Assembly: GCA_019056805.1 (NCBI GenBank)
Contig: DXJG01000009.1
Span: forward strand, 60,001 to 92,000
From: Candidatus Baldrarchaeota archaeon
GTDB taxonomy: Archaea; Asgardarchaeota; Baldrarchaeia; Baldrarchaeales; DXJG01
Length of the DNA stretch: 32,000 bases
Reading direction: 5' to 3'
The notes below the pieces were generated by a model, which was given only the letters and a program-made list of their open reading frames with translations, ran no database searches and was not told the DNA's origin. The translations under genes were made by a program, and so were the position numbers. Below, piece after piece: positions 7,753 through 15,634 of the stretch (its first letter is position 1; every line of letters begins with the position of its first letter).

Positions 7753-8532
7753 ATGTCCGATATAAGGGGTGAGATAGAGGTTTTTCTTAGAAAATTTGGT
7801 GTGTTCAAAGTTGGTATTGCTGACCCTACGCTTGGGTTCAAAATGGCTAAGAGTGGGTGCCATCCAAAGGATGTTATGAAGAATTGTAATTCGGTGATTG
7901 TTTTTGCCTTCCACGCCGGTTTAGATTATTATACCACTTTAAGTTATTATCAGATGCCGAACGTTGAATCTCGAGTGCTTAGCATTTATAGTGATTGGGT
8001 TTCTATGCAGCTTATCCACTTCCTGGAAGATCTGGGCTACAACGCCATTTACCCTCATGGTTATGCCGATGAAAAAATGAGAATTGCACGCCTATCATTT
8101 AAATTAGCAGCCTATGAGGCAGGAATAGGCGTATTTGGAAGACCAAGCATTTTAATAACACCCGAATACGGACCAAGGGTAAACCTTAGAGTGATTCTTA
8201 CAAACGCTTCCATACGACCCGATAAACCTTTAACAAACTTCAATCCTTGCCAAAAATGCGATGTATGTGTTAAACTTTGCCCAGTAAACGCCATTGACGA
8301 TAAACTGCCACCACCTACAGGATTCGATAGAAATCGTTGCCTTCAATTCGTCTATAAAATTCGAGAAAAAACCAATAGGAAGATAATGTTTTGCGGATAC
8401 TGCTATAACTATTGTCCAGCAGGAGAAATATCAAAGAAAACATTCCACTTGAGTAAATTAAGAACTCTACTTGATTTAAGCGAAAAAGAAAGAGAAAAAC
8501 TACTACAAATGCTAAATATAAACAAAAAATAA
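7753..8532 (+). CDS. QueG/reductive-dehalogenase-like (COG1600-type) cobalamin-binding 2x[4Fe-4S] protein, function unknown
   Basis: SFKLAAYEAGIGVFGRPSILITPEYGPRVNLRVILT, then CQKCDVCVKLCP and C-x18-CGYCYNYCP. Lacks the DYH and VDTG motifs of true QueG. ATG 7753 preceded by AGGTG. Confidence 0.8.
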   Translation: MSDIRGEIEVFLRKFGVFKVGIADPTLGFKMAKSGCHPKDVMKNCNSVIVFAFHAGLDYYTTLSYYQMPNVESRVLSIYSDWVSMQLIHFLEDLGYNAIYPHGYADEKMRIARLSFKLAAYEAGIGVFGRPSILITPEYGPRVNLRVILTNASIRPDKPLTNFNPCQKCDVCVKLCPVNAIDDKLPPPTGFDRNRCLQFVYKIREKTNRKIMFCGYCYNYCPAGEISKKTFHLSKLRTLLDLSEKEREKLLQMLNINKK

Positions 8533-8686
8533 AATTAAACAATTCCTCCCGCAAAATAGGAAAAGACGAGTCTTACAGAGACCAGTTTATTCAACTTCTT
8601 CTTAAAGCTTGTTAATATCCTAAAGTTTGGGTTTAAACTTATCTTCTACGACGCATTTGACTAAGAAGCTTCTATATAGGCAATTA

Positions 8687-9778
8687 TTAAAGGTTGTTTT
8701 CATAAGCTTCGGTTAGAGCTGAACATGCCCCACATCTTACACATCCTGCAAGATTTTTACGCGGGTCAATTCCATAATCTCTAAGAATTTGTGCAACCTC
8801 CCGATAAATATAAGTTAATTTTTCTGGCGAGGGAGGAGACCTATTTTCAAAAGGAGTTCCAATAATTGGACGCAAAGGCACAATATAAGGAATCACACCT
8901 ATCTCCGCCGCTTTCTCAGAACCTTTCAAAACACTTTCAACGCCTTCTCCTAATCCAACAATAACGTACGTACTAACTTGACATTCTCCAAAAAGTTCTA
9001 CGCACCTTGCCCAAGTCTCATAAAATTTCTCCATTCCAATACGTCCCTTCCCCGGACAAACCTCACGAAATATTTTCTTGTCAAAGGTCTCTATATGAAC
9101 ACCCACCGTATCCGCCCCAGCATCAGCAAGTTCTTCTATATACCTCAAGTCATTTGGCGGCTCTAATTGAACGTGAATTGGAATCTCGTAATGATTCTTT
9201 ACCTCCCGAACAATCTCTGCAAGTAAATTTGCACCTTTATCCGGAGTTCCAGGAGTACCAGTAGTCAAAGTAATATGTTTACAAACCCCTTCTCCAACTG
9301 CTGCATCAACAACCTCTCTAAATTCCCTCGCCTTCTTAAGAAGAATAGTTTTTCCATACTTTAACGAAAGTTCTATTCCACAAAACTTACAGCCCAAACC
9401 CTTACTCCAATAAATACATTTTTGAAAAACCGTGGTAGCTAAGCAATCAGTACCATGTAAAAGAGCTACCTTCCACATAGGTGTCCCATTAGAAGTACAT
9501 TTTCTATAAAACTGAGGATAAGGAACTAAACCCACCTCAGAAACCTTTTCTCCATCTTCCTTAATCACATAAAATTTTTCATCTCTTTCTACCAGAACAT
9601 AGGGAGACTTTTCAACAAACCTACCCCACATCGCCGCATTAACACAACGCCCAGACGGAAGAATAATATATCTTCCTCCAGCCGGACCAGCTCCCCCCTT
9701 TCTTCCCCTATCAATATTAACTCCAAGCTTAATACCCCTACAAAGCAAAGCAACCTTAAGTTCACCAAAACTCTCCAT
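8687..9778 (-). CDS. Radical SAM protein, MSMEG_0568/NitD-like family
   Basis: GRKGGAGPA, LLHGTDCLATTVFQK, expanded cluster motif C-x8-C-x2-C (CIYWSKGLGCKFC), HITLTTGT, C-terminal GCVRCGACS. Confidence 0.82.
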   Translation of the reverse strand: MESFGELKVALLCRGIKLGVNIDRGRKGGAGPAGGRYIILPSGRCVNAAMWGRFVEKSPYVLVERDEKFYVIKEDGEKVSEVGLVPYPQFYRKCTSNGTPMWKVALLHGTDCLATTVFQKCIYWSKGLGCKFCGIELSLKYGKTILLKKAREFREVVDAAVGEGVCKHITLTTGTPGTPDKGANLLAEIVREVKNHYEIPIHVQLEPPNDLRYIEELADAGADTVGVHIETFDKKIFREVCPGKGRIGMEKFYETWARCVELFGECQVSTYVIVGLGEGVESVLKGSEKAAEIGVIPYIVPLRPIIGTPFENRSPPSPEKLTYIYREVAQILRDYGIDPRKNLAGCVRCGACSALTEAYENNL

Positions 9779-10284
9779 TATTCATCACGACCCACAATTT
9801 TCTCATAAAGATGCACAAGCATCCCAGGTATCTGCTCATACTCTTTTATCTTTCGAAAACCATACTTTTTAACAATCTTCACACTAGCTATCTGTGTGGG
9901 CAAAATATTAACCCGAACACTAACACAACCCCTTTCCCTAGCAAACCTCAATATATGCTCATACATAGCCTTCGCAAGTCCTCGCCCCCTATAATCAGGA
10001 TGAATAGAAAGATGCTCTCCCAAACAAATATCACCCTCAATCTTCGCCTTATACACAGCTACCAACTTTCTATCAAGCCTAATACCAAAATAACAATAAC
10101 CCTCCAACATTTCCCTTATAATCTCCTCACTAGAAAGACATCTCCTCCGACGCCACTCCGCTGGATACTCCTCAGCAAAAGGCCAAACCAAGCGAAACAA
10201 CAACTCTATCTCAGAAGCATCCTCTACACCCAACTTTTCAACGACATACCTTTGTATGTCAATAAACTTCCTAACATCCCTCAT
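9778..10284 (-). CDS. GNAT family N-acetyltransferase
   Basis: Acetyl-CoA motif A IHPDYRGRGLAKAM, motif B ASVKIVKKYGF. Its stop overlaps the radical SAM start (TAATG at 9776-9780). Confidence 0.88.
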   Translation of the reverse strand: MRDVRKFIDIQRYVVEKLGVEDASEIELLFRLVWPFAEEYPAEWRRRRCLSSEEIIREMLEGYCYFGIRLDRKLVAVYKAKIEGDICLGEHLSIHPDYRGRGLAKAMYEHILRFARERGCVSVRVNILPTQIASVKIVKKYGFRKIKEYEQIPGMLVHLYEKIVGRDE

Positions 10285-10454
10285 TTCAAACGCCCGAAAC
10301 CAATAAATAAACCAACAAGCTCCCTAAACCATACCTAAAACATAATCCTAACTCTATAAAAGAAACAAAAATAAATGTAAACCTTTCGCACAAACAAGCA
10401 ACAACCACCAAAATCACAAAAACAAGTAAAAATAATAGAAGAACAGAAAAGAAG

Positions 10455-10559
10455 TGGTGCCGCCGCCCGGATTTGAACCGGGGACATCCGGATCTTCAGT
10501 CCGGCGCTTTTGGGTTTTTTGTTGTTTTTGTTCTTTCTCCCAGACTGAGCTACGGCGGC
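10455..10559 (-). tRNA. tRNA-Phe(GAA) with one 28-nt D-arm intron (22/23; 10509-10536), CCA encoded
   Basis: Spliced minus strand GCCGCCG-TA-GCTC-AGTCTGGGA-GAGC-G-CCGGA-CTGAAGA-TCCGG-ATGTC-CCCGG-TTCAAAT-CCGGG-CGGCGGC-A-CCA. Perfect TGGG/CCCA central helix with 3-nt bulge. Confidence 0.92.
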
Positions 10560-10631
10560 TTAGTGTTCATTTATAGTGTTGAGGTGTTTTGTCCTAAAAA
10601 GTTTACTCTTGTTGGGTTGTATTTGTTGGTG

Positions 10632-11942
10632 TTATTTTTCTTTTATTTTTGGTTCTTTTACCTTTAGGATTATTATTGCTAGGGATATTAGGTTTAGGAT
10701 GAGGAGTGTTATAAATGGTGTTATTTTGTTGAGGTATTGATAGGTGTATCCTCCATAGATGTTTCCTGGTACCATTGCTAGGAAGGATGACATTAGAGAT
10801 ATAGCTGCCATGGTTCTTCCTCTAAGTTCGCGCGGTATTAGGTCTGCTTGTAGGGCTGATATTGCTACACCTAGTATTCCTAATGATAGTGCAAATAGGG
10901 CGAAGTTCATGACGAGTATGTGATATTTTTGGAGTATTATTGTACTTGTTGGTAGAGTTATTGTTATTGTTGTGAACATTGGTGTTAATAGGTAGATTAT
11001 AGTTGCTGTGGCGAAGAGTGTATGTGATAGGGCCCAAGATTTTTTTCTTCCAATTTTATCTACGATGAATCCTGCAGGGAATAATGCTAAGGGGTAAGTA
11101 AAAATGGAGGTGAAGTATAAAATTGCCCATTGTTGGTTGGTTATTCCTATTTCATCTGTTGTGTAGAATATCCAGTATTGTGAACATGCTGCGTAGCTAA
11201 AGGTAAAAATGATATATGCGATGATTAGCCAGACTAAGCTTTTTTTCATGGATTTTATTGCATGTTTATAGGATGTTAAAGTGTCTTTAAGGAATTCTTT
11301 TAATCCTTCTGTTGTTTTCTTGTTTTTGGTTTGTAATGTTTCTTTGAGGAAGAAACTCCTTAGTATAGCTGCTATTATTGCGCATGTGGATGCGATGAGG
11401 AATGCTATTTTTACTCCCTGAATTAGTCCGTGTTGTGTTATTAGAATTCCTGCAACTAGGGCTGAAGGGGCTGCTGCTAGATATGTTATTAGATATGTTA
11501 GGGAGTACCCTTTTCCACGTTTTTCTGGTGGTATGCTGTCAGCTATCATTGCTTGGAGCGCGGGGATATAAATAGATGTTAATGCCAGCGTTGATTCGGC
11601 TACTATTAGCCATTGCCAAGTTGGCGCTGCTGCATACAATAAGTATGAGAGAGCTACAAAAAACGTGAATGTCGCTATTATGTTTTTCCTTCCATAGCGG
11701 TCGGCTACATATCCTCCTATTATTGCTACTATTGCGTATATTGCTGTGTAAAGTGCTTGAAGTAAACCTGGGACAATTTCCGGGGCCCCAAGTCCCACGA
11801 CGTATTTCGGATAATATGTGCCTGTAGTTCCTCTCGCAAACTCTATGAATGCCCATGTAACTATTATTATCAGCAGGTTCCCCCTTAGTAAGGAGAAATA
11901 TTCGCGAAGTTCTTTTAGTTTTCCTTCCCCCAAAACGGTCAC
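10632..11942 (-). CDS. Major facilitator superfamily transporter
   Basis: About 12 hydrophobic segments; motif A GGYVADRYGRK and its repeat GFIVDKIGRKK; ADSIPPEKRG and ADLIPRELRG. Confidence 0.93.
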   Translation of the reverse strand: MTVLGEGKLKELREYFSLLRGNLLIIIVTWAFIEFARGTTGTYYPKYVVGLGAPEIVPGLLQALYTAIYAIVAIIGGYVADRYGRKNIIATFTFFVALSYLLYAAAPTWQWLIVAESTLALTSIYIPALQAMIADSIPPEKRGKGYSLTYLITYLAAAPSALVAGILITQHGLIQGVKIAFLIASTCAIIAAILRSFFLKETLQTKNKKTTEGLKEFLKDTLTSYKHAIKSMKKSLVWLIIAYIIFTFSYAACSQYWIFYTTDEIGITNQQWAILYFTSIFTYPLALFPAGFIVDKIGRKKSWALSHTLFATATIIYLLTPMFTTITITLPTSTIILQKYHILVMNFALFALSLGILGVAISALQADLIPRELRGRTMAAISLMSSFLAMVPGNIYGGYTYQYLNKITPFITLLILNLISLAIIILKVKEPKIKEK

Positions 11943-12067
11943 CGTAAGGAACTATACATGATGTAAGGTATTCGGTTTTGTAAGGGGTTTACATATATTT
12001 TGCTGGTGAGAGACAAATAAATAAATTATTATATTTTTATTTTATTGTTTTTTCGCTTGTATATGGT

Positions 12068-13621
12068 ATGGTGATCTTTTTGTTGGATCGTATCTTGGAG
12101 GTTAATGTAGTTAAAAAAGATTGGAGGAAGGTTGATCTTAGGTTTGCCTTTGTTTATCCAAATGTTTATAGGGTTGGTATGTCTTCTTTCACTACTCAGC
12201 TTTTGTATTTTCTTTTGAATTCTAGAGAGGATGTTGCTTGTGAGCGGTGTTTTTTACCTTATCAGAGGAATGTTTCTCCAATTTCTTTAGAATCTGGACG
12301 TGGTTTAAGAGATTTTGATGTTATTGGTTTTACTTTGCAGTTTGAAACTGACTATGTTAATGTTGTTGATATACTTCGTAGATCTGGTATTCCCTTGTAC
12401 ACTAAAGACCGTTCTGAGAGAGATCCTTTGATTATTGCTGGGGGACCGTGTGCTTGGGAGAATCCTGAACCAGTAAGTGATTTTTTTGATCTTTTCATTA
12501 TTGGGGATGCTGAAGCTGTGTTAGATAAGTTTATCGATGTTTTTTTGGAGGTTAAGAAGCCTAGGGAAAATTTAGAGGTTTTTGCTGAGATTGAAGGTAT
12601 ATATGTTCCGTCGTTGGGTAAACATTATGTAAAGCGTGCTTGGATTAGGAAACTTGATGATTGTCCTCATCCAATTGCTGAAGTAATTCCTCAAGTTGAT
12701 GAAAATAGTTCTTTTGCTCCAGTTTTTGGCAAGTCTTTTCTTCTTGAAGCTACCCGCGGTTGTAGTCGTGGTTGCAGTTTTTGTCTTATAGGTTTTCAAA
12801 ATAGACCCATGAGAGCTAGAAGCTTTGAATTTTTAAGGAAGTTGATTGATGAGGGACCGAAGTTCTCTGGGGTTAATAAGGTTTCTTTGATAGGTTCTGC
12901 TGTTGCTGATCATCCTAATTTTGAAGATTTGTGTTGGTATGTTGTTGATAGTGGTTTTGAGCTTTCTGTTCCATCTCTTCGTATTGATGGTTTTTCTGAG
13001 TCTATTGCTGAAACCTTGATTAAGGGTGGGCAGAAAACAGTTACTTTTGCTCCTGAAGCAGGGACTTTTAGACTTAGACAAATCGTAAATAAACCCTTTA
13101 CTGATGAACAGATTTTATCTGCTATTAGTATCGCTAAGGAGTGCGGTATTAAGCACGTGAAATTATATTTTATTGTTGGTTTACCGAATGAGACGGAAGA
13201 AGATTTGAAGAGTATTACAGATTTAATTCGTAAAATTATAGAATTAGGTTATTCTGCTAGGGATCTTCATGTGAGTATTACTCCATTTATTCCAAAGCCA
13301 CATACACCTTTTCAATGGGTGGCTCAACTTCCTTTGAAAGAAATTAGAAGGCGTTTAAACTTTTTAGTGAGTGATTTGAGAAAGCTTGGTTTAAATTACA
13401 TCGATTATCTTGATCCTAGGTGGGCTAAGATTCAAGCAGCATTATCTCTGGGAGACAGAAGACTTGGAAAACTAATTGAATATGTTGCTGAGCATGGAAA
13501 TAATTTAGGTACATGGAGGAGGGCTCAGAAAATATTTAACATTGATTTAACACGATATGTTGATGAAGCTAGAAGTTTAGATAAAGAGTTACCTTGGTCC
13601 CATATTGATGTAGGTGTATAA
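12068..13621 (+). CDS. Radical SAM protein with N-terminal B12-binding-like domain (COG1032, TIGR03960-like)
   Basis: YPNVYRVGMS, FDVIGFTLQFE, IIAGGPCAWENPEP, EATRGCSRGCSFC, TFAPEAG, FIPKPHTPFQW. Confidence 0.85.
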   Translation: MVIFLLDRILEVNVVKKDWRKVDLRFAFVYPNVYRVGMSSFTTQLLYFLLNSREDVACERCFLPYQRNVSPISLESGRGLRDFDVIGFTLQFETDYVNVVDILRRSGIPLYTKDRSERDPLIIAGGPCAWENPEPVSDFFDLFIIGDAEAVLDKFIDVFLEVKKPRENLEVFAEIEGIYVPSLGKHYVKRAWIRKLDDCPHPIAEVIPQVDENSSFAPVFGKSFLLEATRGCSRGCSFCLIGFQNRPMRARSFEFLRKLIDEGPKFSGVNKVSLIGSAVADHPNFEDLCWYVVDSGFELSVPSLRIDGFSESIAETLIKGGQKTVTFAPEAGTFRLRQIVNKPFTDEQILSAISIAKECGIKHVKLYFIVGLPNETEEDLKSITDLIRKIIELGYSARDLHVSITPFIPKPHTPFQWVAQLPLKEIRRRLNFLVSDLRKLGLNYIDYLDPRWAKIQAALSLGDRRLGKLIEYVAEHGNNLGTWRRAQKIFNIDLTRYVDEARSLDKELPWSHIDVGV

Positions 13622-13772
13622 GTAAAAACTTCCTAATTAGAGCGTATAAAGGAAGTTTGAGGTAAAAGTAAAAAATTATTACAATTTTCTTCTTGTTTCG
13701 AGTTATTTAGTTTTGAGTTCTAGATACTTTTAAATATCGCTTTTTAAACTACCTTCTATATAGGGGTTAAAT

Positions 13773-14288
13773 TTGACTACAACTAAACGAAGAAAAAGAG
13801 AAGCAACAAGAAGGAAAATATCTAAAATGGTAGATGACTTCATAGAGAAACAAATCATAAAAATGCAGAAAGCTATAAGAGGGGAGGAAGAAAATCAAAG
13901 TTTAGATGAAGAGGAAATAGAGGATTTTCAATCTTTGTCGTTCGATAAAGAAGTATTTAAAGAACTTTTTCCTCATTTAGCTGAAGAATTAGAAACTAAT
14001 ACATTTAGTGTTGAAATTCACGGAGTAAGAGGGAAAGTAACTGATGAAACTGTGGTTGATGAACTAAGACATCCTGATGTAATTAGTTTTATACGACGTG
14101 CTGAGACTGAAGAACAAGCATTAGAAGTTATTGATTACATGGAAAGAAAAGGCGAAATATCAAAGGAATATGCAGATAAGCTTAGAAAGCAGCTTAAGGA
14201 TAAAGGTCTTCGGAGTTTTGGACCCAAAAAGGAACCTGGTTATTATTTCAAGCGATATTATAAAAAATCTCGCCAAGAGACGGTGTAA
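13773..14288 (+). CDS. DUF2095 family protein with N-terminal extension
   Basis: FKELFPHLAEEL...PDVISFIRRAETEEQALEVIDYMERKGEI...GLRSFGPKKEPGYY. Start uncertain (TTG 13773 or a later ATG). Confidence 0.8.
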   Translation: MTTTKRRKREATRRKISKMVDDFIEKQIIKMQKAIRGEEENQSLDEEEIEDFQSLSFDKEVFKELFPHLAEELETNTFSVEIHGVRGKVTDETVVDELRHPDVISFIRRAETEEQALEVIDYMERKGEISKEYADKLRKQLKDKGLRSFGPKKEPGYYFKRYYKKSRQETV

Positions 14289-14348
14289 ACATTTTTTTCA
14301 CTAAATTTTAATATATAGGTTTAATGTTAAGTGTTTCAGGTGTTGAGG

Positions 14349-15563
14349 TTGCTTATAGGTCTTTTAGGTAAGCCTTCATCAGGTAAAACTACGTTTTTAA
14401 ATGCAGCTTGTTTAACTTCATATAAAACTGCTGATTATCCCTTTACAACAATTGAAGCACAACCAGGTACTGCTTATGTTAGAGTTAAATGTGTTTGTAA
14501 GGAACTTAGTGTTACAGATAATCCTCGTAACAGTTTTTGTATAGACGGCATTAGATATGTTCCAATAAACATGTTAGATGTTGCAGGTCTTGTTCCAGAT
14601 GCTTGGCGAGGCAGAGGCCTCGGAAATAAATTTCTAGACGATTTACGTAGAGCAGATGCTCTCATACATGTTGTCGATGCCAGTGGAACTATAGATGCGG
14701 AAGGACGTCAAGTGGAACCCGGAAGCTGGGACCCTCTCGAAGACGTGAGGTTTCTTGAAAGAGAAGTTGCAATGTGGCTTACTCAAATAATTATGAGGGA
14801 CTGGCGGAGATTAACCGGTCGCGTAAGAGCCGAGAAAATCTCTTTTGCTGAATTAATGAGTGAAAGACTTTCAGGACTCAAAATAACTAAAGAACACGTA
14901 TTACAAGCCCTTAAAAACACGGATCTGGAAACTAAAACTCCAGATAGATGGAGCGAAGATGAAATCTATAATTTCGCTTTAGAACTCAGAAGAGTCTCAA
15001 AACCCATGATTATTGCAGCAAATAAAGTTGATTTGCCTACTGCTCAGAAAAATGTTGAAAGACTTCAACGAGAACTAAAGGATGAATATATAGTTATTCC
15101 ATGTTGTGCAGCAGGTGAATATGCACTTCGCCAACTTGCTGAAAGAGGAATAATAAAATATAGACCCGGAGACCCGGATTTTGAAATTTTAAAACCTGAG
15201 AAGTTAACAAACAAAGCAAAAGAAAAACTCGAAAAATTAAGAGAAGAGGTTCTACACAAGTATGGGTCGACTGGTGTTCAGCAAGTGCTTGATGAAGCTG
15301 TTTTCGGGCTTTTAAAAATGATACCAGTTTTTCCTGTAGAAGATGCCACAAAATACACGGATCATGAAGGAAACGTTCTGCCAGATGTTTTTCTTTTACC
15401 CGAAGGATCTACGCCTCGAGACCTTGCCTATAAAATACATACAGAACTTGGGGAAACCTTTATTTACGCAGTAGATGCAAGAACTGGAATAAGATTAGGA
15501 GAAGACTATAAACTTAAAAATAGAGACATAATAAAGATTGTTGCAGCAGCTAGGCGGCGATAA
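14349..15563 (+). CDS. ychF: Obg-family ATPase/GTPase YchF (archaeal type, TGS domain)
   Basis: GKPSSGKTT, YPFTTI, DVAGLVP, ANKVD, C-terminal AYKIHTELG TGS domain. TTG 14349 has an AGGTG SD (track start 14331). Confidence 0.92.
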   Translation: MLIGLLGKPSSGKTTFLNAACLTSYKTADYPFTTIEAQPGTAYVRVKCVCKELSVTDNPRNSFCIDGIRYVPINMLDVAGLVPDAWRGRGLGNKFLDDLRRADALIHVVDASGTIDAEGRQVEPGSWDPLEDVRFLEREVAMWLTQIIMRDWRRLTGRVRAEKISFAELMSERLSGLKITKEHVLQALKNTDLETKTPDRWSEDEIYNFALELRRVSKPMIIAANKVDLPTAQKNVERLQRELKDEYIVIPCCAAGEYALRQLAERGIIKYRPGDPDFEILKPEKLTNKAKEKLEKLREEVLHKYGSTGVQQVLDEAVFGLLKMIPVFPVEDATKYTDHEGNVLPDVFLLPEGSTPRDLAYKIHTELGETFIYAVDARTGIRLGEDYKLKNRDIIKIVAAARRR

Positions 15564-15634
15564 ACTATTCATGCGTGAAGTTTTTAAGATCAACACAGTT
15601 TCCTTACTTGTCCTTGCTTAAATGGGGTGATTGA

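Noticed and set aside
7753-8532. Bona fide epoxyqueuosine reductase queG
   Set aside because: Catalytic DYH/VDTG motifs are missing and there are no other que genes in the window; kept as QueG/RdhA-like.
7449-10454. Integrated provirus or mobile element between the tRNAs
   Set aside because: No integrase, transposase, terminal repeats or duplicated tRNA 3' end seen.
10473-10667. 64-aa hydrophobic ORF
   Set aside because: Antisense to tRNA-Phe; the hydrophobicity comes from the T-rich intron complement and flank.
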